A DNA stretch of 64,000 bases from Thermoplasmata archaeon (lineage in GTDB: Archaea; Thermoplasmatota; Thermoplasmata; Thermoplasmatales; GCA-001856825): NCBI GenBank assembly GCA_049966795.1, contig JBMFTY010000001.1, positions 14,444 to 78,443 on the forward strand, in the 5' to 3' direction. The translations under genes and the position numbers were made by a program. Below are positions 16,030 to 26,927 of this stretch, in pieces. The notes under the pieces are model-generated. The model made no database searches and was not told the origin of the DNA. It worked only from the letters and a program-made list of their open reading frames with translations. Position 1 is the first letter of the stretch, and the number at the start of each line of letters is the position of its first letter.

Positions 16030-16728
16030 ATGGAAAAAGAAGTCATGAGCAACACGGATTCGATCATGTTCAACATTTCCGGAGAGATAGTCATGTCAAG
16101 CGATCCCGGGAAGACCATAAGAAAGTGGAGGGAGGAATTCAATATAACGCAAAAGGAACTTTCGGAGAAGATGCATGTGAACACATCCGTCATCAGCGAC
16201 TATGAGACGGGAAGAAGAAAATCTCCAGGCTCCCATTTCCTCAAGAGTCTCGTAAATGCGATGCTCGAAATTGATGATGAGAGGGGAAGCCCAGTCAGGC
16301 TAAAGTATTCGCTCGGTACGGACAAGGACGTGATAGTTGACATAAAGGAATTCTTCTACGATGTTGACATCGCGAAATTCACAAGGCTGATAAAGGGGGT
16401 CCAGGTGAGCAAAATCGATGTCAAGAGGAGCATAAGGGGCTACACCATACTTGATTCCCTGAACGCGATTCTAAAGCTAACGTCATTCGACTATTTCAAG
16501 GTATACGGCTGGACTACGGAGCGAGCACTGTTTTTCACGAACGTTGAATTTGGAAGGTCCCCAATGATCGCTGTCAGGGTTCACCCGATAAAGCCTGCTG
16601 TGGTAGTGTACATCCAGCCAAAGAGGGTTGACCCTCTTGCTATTAAGCTGGCGGAAATAGAGGGGATACCTCTGATTACCACTGACCTCTCCCCCTCGGA
16701 GATAAAAGAAAAGCTGAGGGAGGTCTAG
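16030..16728 (+). CDS. XRE-type HTH protein with a conserved archaeal C-terminal domain (COG1395-like)
   Basis: IRKWREEFNITQKELSEKMHVNTSVISDYETGRR is a classic Cro/C1 HTH. Confidence 0.6.
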   Translation: MEKEVMSNTDSIMFNISGEIVMSSDPGKTIRKWREEFNITQKELSEKMHVNTSVISDYETGRRKSPGSHFLKSLVNAMLEIDDERGSPVRLKYSLGTDKDVIVDIKEFFYDVDIAKFTRLIKGVQVSKIDVKRSIRGYTILDSLNAILKLTSFDYFKVYGWTTERALFFTNVEFGRSPMIAVRVHPIKPAVVVYIQPKRVDPLAIKLAEIEGIPLITTDLSPSEIKEKLREV

Positions 16729-17639
16729 GTCAGAAGCCTGTTCAGATACCAGTCCAACGTGAATGGTACCAGGTCAGAATAGGTCTGGCCAGTTCCTATG
16801 AACAGTATTGGCTTCTTCGTCTCGGCGAGAAGGGAGATGATGCTTCCCCCCTTCGCATCCGCATCTATCTTTGTAACTATGTACCCATCCACGCCCACAG
16901 CCTCGTCAAACAACTTGGCCTGATTAAGCGCGTCCGTTCCGGCAAGGGCGTCTATGGTGAGGATCGTGAAATCGGGAGAGGAAATCCTCTTTATCTTCTT
17001 CATCTCCTCAAGCAGATTCCTGTTCGTCTGCATCCTTCCCGCGGTATCTATCAGCACAACTGCCTTCTGGAATCTTGAGGCATGCTTCACCGCGTCAAAG
17101 GCCACCGCCGCAGGATCGCCGCCAGCCTGATGCTTGATGACCTTCACCCCAACCTTCTCTCCAAGGAGGGCAATCTGCTCTATCGCACCCGCCCTGAAGG
17201 TATCCGAGGCAGCTATGACCACGTAATCCCCGCGTGCTTTGAACATGTCTGCCAATTTCGCCACCGATGTGGTTTTTCCCGTACCGTTCATGCCGACGAA
17301 GAGGATCACGAAGGGGGACTTCCCTTCAGCCATTTCCATGATGTTGACCGGGGGAACATTTGCAATCTGCATTATTGTTTCCCTTACCGCCTCCCTCAGC
17401 ACGGCGTTCCTGTCCCCTCTGAGCTTCACGCTCCCTTCCCTTATCTTCGAGAGGAGGGTGCTGGATATCCTGTCCGCAACCGGAAGAACAACATCGGCCT
17501 GAAGGAGGGAAATCTTCAGGTTGGAGGAGATCTCTTCGGGCCTCTTCGTGGATGCAACCGCGGCGAACAGATCATCCGTTTCTACCTGTTGCTCATTTCT
17601 CTTGACCAAACCGAGCAATTCCTTCAGCTTCTCGAACAT
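16725..17639 (-). CDS. ftsY: Signal recognition particle receptor FtsY
   Basis: SRP GTPase motifs GMNGTGKTT, DTAGR and TKIDADAKGG. The start is placed at ATG 17639 (MFEKLKELLG), just after the prefoldin stop. Confidence 0.9.
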   Translation of the reverse strand: MFEKLKELLGLVKRNEQQVETDDLFAAVASTKRPEEISSNLKISLLQADVVLPVADRISSTLLSKIREGSVKLRGDRNAVLREAVRETIMQIANVPPVNIMEMAEGKSPFVILFVGMNGTGKTTSVAKLADMFKARGDYVVIAASDTFRAGAIEQIALLGEKVGVKVIKHQAGGDPAAVAFDAVKHASRFQKAVVLIDTAGRMQTNRNLLEEMKKIKRISSPDFTILTIDALAGTDALNQAKLFDEAVGVDGYIVTKIDADAKGGSIISLLAETKKPILFIGTGQTYSDLVPFTLDWYLNRLLT

Positions 17640-17643
17640 CTGC

Positions 17644-18048
17644 TCACTTCTTGTAGAGCGTGTTGATGTACTCTTCCAGCTGAGAATAACGCCTCTGGAG
17701 GTCGTTCTCAAGGTCGCTGTTCCTCTCTATCGCCCTCGTAACGTCATTCCTCCTTTCTTCGATGATCTTGAGAGCGTCTTCCACGGTAGCTTTCTTGTAA
17801 GCTCCAGACCCGAGGCTCACCAGAACTCTTTCCCTGTTCTTGATCTCAGCCTCCACGTACAGCCCTCTCCCTATGGGTATGAGAGAGTCCCCCTCAACCT
17901 TTCCGATGTTCCTGAGGAAATCGCTCGTGACTATGAGGTCCTGGAGCAGCTGGGAAAGCGACTGGTTCCTCTGCTCTATCTCCTCAATCTGCTCTCTGAT
18001 TACCTCCATGCTGTACGCAACCTCGTTGATTCTCGATTCCTGCGACAA
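17644..18048 (-). CDS. pfdA: Prefoldin alpha subunit
   Basis: 134 aa coiled-coil/beta-hairpin/coiled-coil layout with LIPIGRGLYVEAEI...VLVSLGSGAYKKATVEDA. Confidence 0.8.
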   Translation of the reverse strand: MSQESRINEVAYSMEVIREQIEEIEQRNQSLSQLLQDLIVTSDFLRNIGKVEGDSLIPIGRGLYVEAEIKNRERVLVSLGSGAYKKATVEDALKIIEERRNDVTRAIERNSDLENDLQRRYSQLEEYINTLYKK

Positions 18049-18049
18049 A

Positions 18050-19297
18050 TCAGTTCCCTCCGAATTTCTTCTTGGATGTGACCAGGGATTCTATACCCGG
18101 CATGGGTTCCCCTGCAAGGAAGCTTATCAGTGCTCCTCCACCCGTCGAAATGTGCTGTATCTCCTTTTCCGTGATGCCCATCCTCTCAAGAGCGGCGAGG
18201 GTGTGTCCACCTCCCGCGACCTTGTACCCCTTGGATCTCGCCACGGCAGCGAATATTTCCTCAGTCCCAGAGGCAAAATCCTTGAGTTCAAATACGCCCA
18301 TGGGACCGTTCAGTATGATTCCCTCTGAATCCCTAATCACCGAAATGTATTCAGCTATTGTATCAACACCTATGTCCATCGCCGGTATATCCTTCCTGAA
18401 GTCAGCCAGGGTGTAGTGCTTCGGTTTCCCATTCTCGTTGCCGATGAAATCCACCGGTGTCATCACCTTTTCCCCGTACTTGTCAAGTATCTCCCGGGCC
18501 CTGTTAACGGAGGTCTTGTAATCCCCTATCTCCTTTGCGAGCACCTCCTCATTCTTCTTGCCAAGATCAGCTCCTTTGGCCATAAGGAATATGTGGCCTA
18601 CAAGCCCACCTGTCACCACCCTATCCAGTCTGTCCTCTTTAAGCATCCTCCCTATTATCTTTATGGAATCGTCCGCCTTTGATCCTCCAAATATCCCGAC
18701 CCTGTTGCTCCCCTTGATCTCGTAGAATCTCTCAATCCCGGCAACCTCGGATTCCATCAGCTTCCCGGCAATGTTTGGCATAAGCCTGCTGAATCCAACA
18801 AGGGTCACGTTGCTTCTGTGTGCGGCGGCAAATGCATCGTTCACGAAGAAATCCGAATGAGCTGCGAGGTTCCTGACGATGTGCGTCTTCTCAATCACAT
18901 CCATCTTTTCCTCCGCAAGCACCACCTCCTCCGAATAGAACCTCGTGTTTTCCAGCATGAGAATATCACCTGGCTTTGCGGAATCTATCTCCTGAAGAAC
19001 GTTTTCCTCGAAAAGTCCGGGGATGAACCTGACCTTCCTCTTGGTAAGGTTGGAAAGGTGTGCGGAGTGGGTCTTGAGGCTCACGAAATCATCCTTTCCG
19101 GGCCTGCTCTGGTGAGCTAGGATGACAACCTTTGATTGCGAAAGCGCATCTATGGTTGCCAGATGCGCCCTGAACCTGGCATCATCCAGGATGTTTCCCG
19201 TCTTCGGATCAATGGGTGAATTTATGTCCAGCCTCAGAAGAACTGTCTTGCCTGTCAGGTTGAAGTCGTTTATCGTGAAGAAAGGCAGAGGGTTCAT
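18050..19297 (-). CDS. pgk: Phosphoglycerate kinase
   Basis: 415 aa with RLDINSPI, HQSRPG and a C-terminal STGGGA motif. Confidence 0.95.
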   Translation of the reverse strand: MNPLPFFTINDFNLTGKTVLLRLDINSPIDPKTGNILDDARFRAHLATIDALSQSKVVILAHQSRPGKDDFVSLKTHSAHLSNLTKRKVRFIPGLFEENVLQEIDSAKPGDILMLENTRFYSEEVVLAEEKMDVIEKTHIVRNLAAHSDFFVNDAFAAAHRSNVTLVGFSRLMPNIAGKLMESEVAGIERFYEIKGSNRVGIFGGSKADDSIKIIGRMLKEDRLDRVVTGGLVGHIFLMAKGADLGKKNEEVLAKEIGDYKTSVNRAREILDKYGEKVMTPVDFIGNENGKPKHYTLADFRKDIPAMDIGVDTIAEYISVIRDSEGIILNGPMGVFELKDFASGTEEIFAAVARSKGYKVAGGGHTLAALERMGITEKEIQHISTGGGALISFLAGEPMPGIESLVTSKKKFGGN

Positions 19298-19310
19298 GTT
19301 TCCTTATTTT

Positions 19311-20489
19311 TTAGTGGCTTAAATCAGTTTCTGACAGTCTTGGCTTTCCATCAACCAGTACAGTTCTTATGAGATCATCTCCGAATCTGTACCCAATGTT
19401 CCTGTAGCTTCCCCTAGTCACGATAATGTTGGCCCTTTTCCCCTCATGAATGCTTCCCGTTTCCGAGGATAGGGAGAGGGTGTAACTGGAGTTTATCGTT
19501 GCCATGTTCAGGAGATTCTCAAGCGTGAGGGGAGTGAACTGTCTTGCGATAGAAATGACGAAGGGGAGGGATGTGATGTAGGTGTTGGGGGACGAATCTG
19601 AACCAATGGCAACAGTGATCCCCCTTGCCTTCAACGCATTGAATATGTCCAGCTTTTTGCCAAGCAGCATCGCCGTATATGGGAGAAGCGTAACTGCAGT
19701 TCCAATTTCCCCTGTTTCCATCTCTCTCGTCTCAACCATGTGGTCAAAGGATGCGATCTTCAGTCCCTTGAGGCGGGAAACGCCCCCAAGGTTCTTCAGT
19801 TCGTTGAGATGAACCCTTCCAGGGATACCCAGGGAGTTGGAAAAGGCTATCGCCTGGTAGGCGAAGTCTGGCGTGAAAGCACCTTCATCCACAAAGACGT
19901 CCACATAATCTATCCTTCTCCTGAATTCTTCTATCATCTCCTTAAAATCTGAAAGGAACGCATTTTCGGATACGCCGCGAGGAGGAACGTGGGCAAGGAG
20001 CGTTTTCCTTATCGTTATTCCAAGTTCCTTCTCAAGCGCCTCCATCACGCGGATGCTCTTCTCCTCTGTCTCCAGATCCAAACCGTAACCGGTCTTGCAT
20101 TCAAGGACGGCTGTCCCATTCCTTATCACGCTGACCATCCTCTCCCTTGACTGGGCCAGCAGGTCTTCAAAGTCACACCGCTTCGTTGCAGCTACGGTGC
20201 TGTAAATCCCGCCCCCTGATTTGAGCACCCCTTCGTACCCCACCCTCTTCCTTAGGTCTATTTCATCCTCCCTGCTGCCGCAGAACACAATATGGGTGTG
20301 GGGGTCGGTGAACGCCGGTATTGCCCAATCCCCAGCTTCCTCTCCGTCCGAGCTTGGCCTTATCCTCCGGATCTTCCCCTCAGCAATTTCTATATCCTGA
20401 GCTAGACGTATCTCCAGGGTGTCAAGTGATTTTCCGGTTACTTTTTCAAGGTTGGGTGGGGTTGCAATGTTGACGTTCTTGATCAGCAT
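19311..20489 (-). CDS. hutI: Imidazolonepropionase-like amidohydrolase
   Basis: FTDPHTHIVFCGSREDE...GGGIYSTVAATK matches the HutI signature. No hutH or hutU gene lies nearby. Confidence 0.65.
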   Translation of the reverse strand: MLIKNVNIATPPNLEKVTGKSLDTLEIRLAQDIEIAEGKIRRIRPSSDGEEAGDWAIPAFTDPHTHIVFCGSREDEIDLRKRVGYEGVLKSGGGIYSTVAATKRCDFEDLLAQSRERMVSVIRNGTAVLECKTGYGLDLETEEKSIRVMEALEKELGITIRKTLLAHVPPRGVSENAFLSDFKEMIEEFRRRIDYVDVFVDEGAFTPDFAYQAIAFSNSLGIPGRVHLNELKNLGGVSRLKGLKIASFDHMVETREMETGEIGTAVTLLPYTAMLLGKKLDIFNALKARGITVAIGSDSSPNTYITSLPFVISIARQFTPLTLENLLNMATINSSYTLSLSSETGSIHEGKRANIIVTRGSYRNIGYRFGDDLIRTVLVDGKPRLSETDLSH

Positions 20490-21454
20490 TACTTCAGATA
20501 CAGGTCCCTGTAGCAGGAGTCGGCCGCAATGGCACCATCAGAGGCAGCAACAATTATCTGGGCAAAGGACCCGGCCACGTCACCGGCTGCATATACCCTT
20601 TCGACGTTCGTTCTCATGTTCCTGTCCACCTTGATGTAACCGCGCTCGTTTAGCTCGACCCCTATGGATTTCGCCAGTTCGGACTGAGGGGAGAGACCAA
20701 CGTATATGAATATCCCATCGAATTCCTCCTGGTATTCCTTTCCAGTTGCCCTGTCCTTGTACCTCACGCTCTTTGCCGATTTCTCGTCTCCCGTGATCTC
20801 CGTGACCTGGACGTTCTGCTTGTATTCTATTCCCATGGACTTTATCTGCTTCACGTACGCATCCTCGCACATGTACTTGGGCATGAACTCGAATATCTTG
20901 ACCTCCGATACTATATTCTTGAGGGATATAGCTGCGATGGCCCCCGAATTTCCCCCACCTATGACAAGGACCTTCCTGTTCTTGAAAAGCCAGCCGTCGC
21001 AGGTGCTGCAGTACGAGACCCCTTTTCCGAAGTACTTGCTCTCACCAGGGATTCCGAGATGCTTGTGTTTTGTACCCGTGGCAAACAGTATCGCCCTTGA
21101 TGTGAAGCTTCCCTTCTCCGTTTCAATCTCGAACCTCTCCCCCTTTTTTATTGATAGAACCCTCGTGTTTTCAAGTATCTTGGTGTAATTCCTCGCGTGT
21201 TCCACGAATGATTTCGCCAGTTCAGTACCCGGGATAGCTGTGAACCCAAGGTAGTTCTCGACCAGGGGTGCTTCAAGCGTGAGCCCTCCGGCAACAGATC
21301 CGTCTATCACAATGTTTGATAGGCCTGCCCTGGAGGCGTATATGGCTGCGGAAAGTCCCGCAGCCCCTGCCCCTATTATCAGGAGATCAAAGTCTCGTTT
21401 CTCAACCTCCTGCTTCTCCTCTCCGATGACAAGCTGCACTGGATCGCCCCTCAC
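20489..21454 (-). CDS. trxB: Thioredoxin reductase (NAD(P)H-dependent, low-Mr type)
   Basis: Has DLLIIGAGAAG, redox-active CSTCDG, GGGNSG and a C-terminal AAGDV. The GTG start overlaps the thermosome stop; the exact start is uncertain. Confidence 0.85.
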   Translation of the reverse strand: MRGDPVQLVIGEEKQEVEKRDFDLLIIGAGAAGLSAAIYASRAGLSNIVIDGSVAGGLTLEAPLVENYLGFTAIPGTELAKSFVEHARNYTKILENTRVLSIKKGERFEIETEKGSFTSRAILFATGTKHKHLGIPGESKYFGKGVSYCSTCDGWLFKNRKVLVIGGGNSGAIAAISLKNIVSEVKIFEFMPKYMCEDAYVKQIKSMGIEYKQNVQVTEITGDEKSAKSVRYKDRATGKEYQEEFDGIFIYVGLSPQSELAKSIGVELNERGYIKVDRNMRTNVERVYAAGDVAGSFAQIIVAASDGAIAADSCYRDLYLK

Positions 21455-23109
21455 ATGGGTGGCATTCCGCCCATGCCCTCAGGCCCTCCTCCCATCCCGG
21501 GACCTCCGGGCTGTCCGCCCTGCTGCCCCTCGCTCTTTGACTTCTTTGAGGAGATCACGTCGTCGATCCTGAGGATCATCGTCGCCACTTCCGTCGCACT
21601 CTCTATCGCATGCGATTTCACCCTTGTCGGCTCTATGACATTCTTCTTCAGCAGATCACCGACGCTTCCTGAAAGGGCATCAACACCGATGCTCCTGTTC
21701 CCCTTCTGGTGCTCAGACCTAAGTTTCAGGAGGGAGTCTATGGGATCCATCCCCGCGTTTTCGGCGAGGGTCCTGGGTATTATCTCGAGGGCATTCGAGA
21801 ACATCTCTATTGCGAGCTGCTCCCTGCCGCCAACGCTCGGAGCATATTTCCTGAGCTGATATGCGAGCTCAGCCTCAACTGCCCCTCCTCCAACCACGAA
21901 TGACTGATCCTCTATGGCCACTCCGACCACTTTGAGGGCGTCGTGCAACGCTCTTTCCACCTCGTCAATAGTGTGCTGCGTACCTCCTCTTATTAGCACT
22001 GAGACGGACTTGGGATACTTGCAGCCAGTGATGAAAGTTAGCCTGTCATCCCCTATCTTCCTCTCCTCCGTCTTTTCCGCAGAGCCAAGATCCTTCGATG
22101 ATAGATCATCCAGGTTTGTCACAATCCTGGCTCCCGTTGCCCTGGCTATCTTCTCCATATCGCTCTTCTTAACCCTTCTTACGGCATAAATCCCCTCCTT
22201 CGCAAGGAAGTGCTGCGCAAGGTCGTCTATGCCTTTCTGGCTTATCAAAACGTTTGCGCCCGCCTTCTTCACCTTGTCTACCATGGATCTCAGCGTATCC
22301 TCCTCCTGGTCGAGGAATGCCTGTATCTTGCTGGGATCAGTTATCTGCACCTTCGCGTCTATCTCCGTCTTCTTTATCTCGAGACCTGAATCGAGAAGGG
22401 CTATTTTGCAGCCCTTCACCTCTGTAGGCATCCTCGGATGTACCTTCTCCTTGTCTATAACTATCCCGTCTATTAACTCGGTATCTGTAATCCCCCCACC
22501 GATCTTCTTCTGCACGAGGATGTTGTCCACGTCGACAACCCTTCTGCCATCCCTCTCTTCCACGATGCTCTTCACGGCCCTTACCGCTATATCGGCGAGG
22601 AAATCAGTCACCCCACCGACATTCTTCCCAGTCATCGCTGTCTTGGCAATGTTCTTGAGTAGCTCATCGTCCACCTTCTTCTCAGATATGCTCGAAAGGA
22701 TCTCAAGGCTCTTGTTTGCAGCCATCTTATAACCGTTAGCTATTATCGTGGGATGGACGTTCTGGTCCAGCAGGACTTCTGCCTGCTTCAGCAGCTCTCC
22801 GGCCAGGACAACCGCCGTCGTAGTCCCATCCCCCACCTCCTGATCCTGACCCTTCGCTATCTCCACTATCATCTTTGCAGTAGGATGATCAACATCCATC
22901 TGCTTCATGATTGTGGCACCGTCGTTTGAGATTGTTATATCTCCGAGGGAATCCACCAGCATCTTGTCCATTCCCTTGGGTCCCAGAGCCGACTTGACAG
23001 TATCAGCAATGGCCTTTGCGGCTTCTATGTTGTTTCTCTGCGCGTCCTTTCCCGATTCCCTTGTTGAACCTTCCTTCAAAACTAGGATTGGGATCTGTCC
23101 TGAAAGCAT
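21451..23109 (-). CDS. ths: Thermosome subunit (group II chaperonin)
   Basis: 552 aa with [15 protein letters not shown] and a C-terminal GGM-rich tail. Confidence 0.95.
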   Translation of the reverse strand: MLSGQIPILVLKEGSTRESGKDAQRNNIEAAKAIADTVKSALGPKGMDKMLVDSLGDITISNDGATIMKQMDVDHPTAKMIVEIAKGQDQEVGDGTTTAVVLAGELLKQAEVLLDQNVHPTIIANGYKMAANKSLEILSSISEKKVDDELLKNIAKTAMTGKNVGGVTDFLADIAVRAVKSIVEERDGRRVVDVDNILVQKKIGGGITDTELIDGIVIDKEKVHPRMPTEVKGCKIALLDSGLEIKKTEIDAKVQITDPSKIQAFLDQEEDTLRSMVDKVKKAGANVLISQKGIDDLAQHFLAKEGIYAVRRVKKSDMEKIARATGARIVTNLDDLSSKDLGSAEKTEERKIGDDRLTFITGCKYPKSVSVLIRGGTQHTIDEVERALHDALKVVGVAIEDQSFVVGGGAVEAELAYQLRKYAPSVGGREQLAIEMFSNALEIIPRTLAENAGMDPIDSLLKLRSEHQKGNRSIGVDALSGSVGDLLKKNVIEPTRVKSHAIESATEVATMILRIDDVISSKKSKSEGQQGGQPGGPGMGGGPEGMGGMPPM

Positions 23110-23266
23110 CCAAATTCACCCTAAAACGGTAATTCGTCCTTCTATATAAATATTAAATATCAGGCCCTTCACGAGCACCTAAAATTCGAGCGAAATCCAT
23201 CGCTATTATCGCGGGATTGTGCCATTGCTCCATTAGTGTTTAATATTTCTAAGAACTGATGGGGCG

Positions 23267-23548
23267 ATGAGGAAATATCCCTGTAAGAAGGAGATAAGCG
23301 AGGATTTTGTCGAGAAAAAGATGAATGAGATATTTGGAAATACCACGAGAGAGGGTAAAATGCTGGTCTCTTCATATTCATCTCTGAAGGTGAAGGTACA
23401 GGTTACGGGAAGGAAGGAGCTCTCCGTGGAGACGGAAACATCACCTTCCCCAGACCAGGAGACCATAGTGAAGCTCTACAACAAATTCATTGAGGACGTG
23501 ACAGGTTACTCCGCCAAGGAAAGGAAGAATATGGTGTCCAAGATATGA
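23267..23548 (+). CDS. Small hypothetical protein
   Basis: 93-aa ORF whose stop overlaps the start of the downstream ACD gene (ATGA). No family recognised. Confidence 0.35.
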   Translation: MRKYPCKKEISEDFVEKKMNEIFGNTTREGKMLVSSYSSLKVKVQVTGRKELSVETETSPSPDQETIVKLYNKFIEDVTGYSAKERKNMVSKI

Positions 23549-24930
23549 ACCTCTCCAAGATATTCGAGGTGAAGAGGGTATGCGTGATCGGTGCATCAAG
23601 GGAACCTGGGAAGGTGGGAAACGTTATTCTGAGGAATCTCAAGAGGAATTTCAAGGGGGATATATTCGCAGTGCACCCGAGCGCGGAGGAGATAGAGGGG
23701 GTGAGGTGCTACAGGAGCATAGATTCAATCCCTGGAAAGATTGACCTCGCAGTCATTTCCCTTCCTGCAGGCAAGACGATGGATGTAATAAAGTCCCTTG
23801 CCTCAAGTGGCTGCAGTTTCTGCATCCCGATAGCAGGGGGGTTCGGAGAGCAGGGGGAATCGGGGAAGAGCATGGAGGAGGAGATGAGGAGTATTGCCCG
23901 TGAGTCAGGGATGAGGATAATCGGTCCAAACACGGTAGGCGTTATAATTCCAAGAATAGGTTTGAATACCGCTCTCACGACGGAAGAGAAGAGCGAATTC
24001 CCCGTAGACGGGAAGGTGGGCTTCATCTCCCAGAGCGGAGCTCTCGGCCTTCTGACGATGGACGAATTCACGGACCTAGGCGTGGGTTTCTCAGCATTCT
24101 TCTCTCTCGGGAACGAGGCGGATGTTGATGAAACGGACGCGATCGAAGCCCTGGGCTCCTACGACAGGACTGGATCCATAGCCCTCTATCTTGAGAGAAT
24201 ATCGAGGGTTGAGCAGTTTCTCTCCAAGTGCAGGGAGGTGTCCAGGCATAAGGGCATTGTGGCTATGAAAGGCGGCAGGACGGAGTCGGGCAACAGGGCG
24301 ACGTCCCTTCACACGGGTTCCCTTATGAAAACGAGCTTCTCGCTCACGAGCATATTCAGGCAGCATGGCATAGTAGAGGCAAGCAATGAGGTGGAACTCA
24401 TAGACTTCGCATCTGCCCTGGCTCTCTCCAGACCGGTCTTCGGCAAAAGGATCGCGGTGGTAACCTCTGCGGGAGGGGTCGGGGTGATAGCGACGGATCT
24501 ATTGGAGAGGGCCGGTTTTTCCGTAAAAAAGCCCTCAGAAAAATTAGCAGGGAAAATCATGAAGGACATTTCCCCCATAGGCTCTCCGTTCAATCCGATT
24601 GACATGACTGCGGAGGCGACGGATTCCCAATATGAGGCAGTCATCAATGACATCAGCGATTCTGGAGAGTATGATGCAATTCTTGCTTTCGTGCTATTTC
24701 AGACGTTTGGCGTAACGGAAAGAATAGTTGATTTCCTAGGGAAATATGTGAGGGAAGGGAAACTGCCAATAGTCGTTGGTACCATCGGGGGACTGTTTTC
24801 GAGGGAAATGACGAGGAAGCTCCTCGCCTCAGGTGTCCCCACTTATCCAAGCGTCCAGAGAGGCATATCTTCTCTTGCCGCACTGGCGGAAAGAGGGAAG
24901 TACCTCAGGAGGTTCGCCAATGCTGACTGA
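23545..24930 (+). CDS. acdA: ADP-forming acetyl-CoA synthetase, alpha subunit
   Basis: CoA-binding N-terminus VCVIGASREPGKVGN, followed by succinyl-CoA-ligase-like domains (ISQSGALG). Confidence 0.8.
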   Translation: MNLSKIFEVKRVCVIGASREPGKVGNVILRNLKRNFKGDIFAVHPSAEEIEGVRCYRSIDSIPGKIDLAVISLPAGKTMDVIKSLASSGCSFCIPIAGGFGEQGESGKSMEEEMRSIARESGMRIIGPNTVGVIIPRIGLNTALTTEEKSEFPVDGKVGFISQSGALGLLTMDEFTDLGVGFSAFFSLGNEADVDETDAIEALGSYDRTGSIALYLERISRVEQFLSKCREVSRHKGIVAMKGGRTESGNRATSLHTGSLMKTSFSLTSIFRQHGIVEASNEVELIDFASALALSRPVFGKRIAVVTSAGGVGVIATDLLERAGFSVKKPSEKLAGKIMKDISPIGSPFNPIDMTAEATDSQYEAVINDISDSGEYDAILAFVLFQTFGVTERIVDFLGKYVREGKLPIVVGTIGGLFSREMTRKLLASGVPTYPSVQRGISSLAALAERGKYLRRFANAD

Positions 24931-25519
24931 ACTCGAGTTCAAGGAGAAACTTGAGATGGAGGGTTTCAACCTCCCCAGAAGGTTCATCCTGGAATCCAGG
25001 GAGGATTTTAGAGGCAGCTTTCCTGCAGTGGTGAAGGTGAGCTCGGAGAGGATTACGCACAAGACAGAGGCGGGTGCCGTAATCACGGACGTGAGAAGCG
25101 TGGAGGAATTGGGAGCTGCAATTTCAAGGCTGAAAACCAGGTTTCCGGGGGAAGTGATATATGCTGAAGAAATGGTGCCCAAAGGTATAGAGGTCATGAT
25201 AGGCCTTACTTCGGACAGTCTCTTCGGCAAAATCATGCTTTTCGGTCTGGGCGGCTTCTATGCGGAGCTTCTGAGGGATGTGACGTTCAAGAGGGTTCCT
25301 ATAGATATTTACGATGCTGAGGACATGATAGATGAGCTGAAATTCTCAGAGGTATTCAGGGGTTACAGGAAACTTTCTGCAAACAGAAACGTGGTAACGA
25401 ATCTCCTTCTGAAGGTCTCGGATTTCGGCTCCAGGACTGAGTTCAGCCAGATAGATTTCAATCCCGTCTTCCTCTATGAGGATTCTTACGTGATAGTTGA
25501 CGCCAAGATATTTCCTTGA
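24920..25519 (+). CDS. acdB: ADP-forming acetyl-CoA synthetase, beta (ATP-grasp) subunit
   Basis: Start moved to ATG 24920 (MLTELEFKEKL), an 11-nt overlap with acdA. The content is ATP-grasp-like (VVKVSSERITHKTEAGAV). Confidence 0.75.
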   Translation: MLTELEFKEKLEMEGFNLPRRFILESREDFRGSFPAVVKVSSERITHKTEAGAVITDVRSVEELGAAISRLKTRFPGEVIYAEEMVPKGIEVMIGLTSDSLFGKIMLFGLGGFYAELLRDVTFKRVPIDIYDAEDMIDELKFSEVFRGYRKLSANRNVVTNLLLKVSDFGSRTEFSQIDFNPVFLYEDSYVIVDAKIFP

Positions 25520-25561
25520 TCCGGGCAGAGAAAAGATTAAGCTACGTTGTGATTAGCAGTT

Positions 25562-26887
25562 ATGGAATACACTCCGGATGAGATCGTAAAGGTAGTCGAT
25601 CAGAAGGACATTCGGTATTTCTATTTTCAATTCACGGACATAAGGGGAACACCTAAATCGGTGATGATACCTAGGAACAGGCTGGAGAAGGTTCTTGAGG
25701 AGGGAGTGCTCTTCGACGGCTCCTCGGTGCTGGGGTATGCGACAATAGAGGAAAGCGACATGAGGGCATTCCCGGACTACTCCTCGTTCGAAATCCTTCC
25801 CTGGGCTGTGGACGGGGGAAAGGCCGCCAGGTTCGTCTGCTCTATTATGACCCCTGAGGGCAAGCCATTCATGGGAGATCCAAGGTACATACTCCAGAGG
25901 CAGCTGGAGAAGATACGCAGGAAGGGGATGGAGTTCTTCGTGGGGCCGGAGTTTGAGTTCTTCCTTCTGGAGGAGAAGAATGGAAAGTATCAGCCGCACG
26001 ATTCCGCCGGCTATTTCACATTCGGCCCCCTGGACAGGGGGGAGCTCGTTAAGAAGGAGATAATGAACTATCTTGAAACTCTAGGATACATGCCGGAGGC
26101 AGCTCATCATGAGGTCTCCCCGGGGCAGCATGAGATAGATCTTCGATACGCTCCGGCTCTCAGCATGGCAGACAGAATAATAACGATGAGGACCGCAATT
26201 AAAACCGTTGCCGCAAAATTCGGGCTCTACGCAACATTCATGCCGAAGCCGTTCTTCGGCATCAACGGCACGGGAATGCACATACACCAGAGCATCATGA
26301 CCCCCTCTGAGGACAAGAATTTCTTCTGGGACTCCGAGGACAAGAACGGTATGTCTGAGACTGCTTACCACTATCTTGCAGGGATACTGAAACACAGCGT
26401 TGAAATTTCCCCGATTATCGCATCCTGGGTCAACTCCTACAAGAGGCTTATACCCGGGTTCGAGGCCCCGGTGTACATAGCGTGGGGGAGGAGAAACAGG
26501 TCAGCAATGATCAGACTGCCCGCGGGTGACGGGATCAAGAAGAGGCTTGAGTTCAGGGCACCGGATTCCGCCGGAAATCCCTATCTGCAGTTTGCGGTTA
26601 TATTGGGAGCTGGCCTCGACGGCATAGAGAAGAAGATGGAATGCCCGGAGCCTGTGGAAGAAGATATTTTCAAGCTCACACCTAAGCAGAGGCAGGAGAT
26701 GGCTATAGATGCGCTCCCTGAATCACTTGGGGAAGCGCTTCACCATCTCAGGAACAGCGCGTTCATGAGGGAGATCCTGGGGGATCACATCTACAGGAAT
26801 TTCCTCTACATCAAGCAGAAGGAATGGGATGATTTCCGATCTTTTGTGACGGACTGGGAAATAAACAACCTCCTTCCCATCCTGTGA
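25562..26887 (+). CDS. glnA: Glutamine synthetase type I
   Basis: 441 aa with FGPEFEFFL, HHEVSPGQHEID and NGTGMHIHQS. Confidence 0.95.
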   Translation: MEYTPDEIVKVVDQKDIRYFYFQFTDIRGTPKSVMIPRNRLEKVLEEGVLFDGSSVLGYATIEESDMRAFPDYSSFEILPWAVDGGKAARFVCSIMTPEGKPFMGDPRYILQRQLEKIRRKGMEFFVGPEFEFFLLEEKNGKYQPHDSAGYFTFGPLDRGELVKKEIMNYLETLGYMPEAAHHEVSPGQHEIDLRYAPALSMADRIITMRTAIKTVAAKFGLYATFMPKPFFGINGTGMHIHQSIMTPSEDKNFFWDSEDKNGMSETAYHYLAGILKHSVEISPIIASWVNSYKRLIPGFEAPVYIAWGRRNRSAMIRLPAGDGIKKRLEFRAPDSAGNPYLQFAVILGAGLDGIEKKMECPEPVEEDIFKLTPKQRQEMAIDALPESLGEALHHLRNSAFMREILGDHIYRNFLYIKQKEWDDFRSFVTDWEINNLLPIL

Positions 26888-26927
26888 AATTGATAAGCAT
26901 TATCTATCAAGCGCAAATCAGGTCTTA

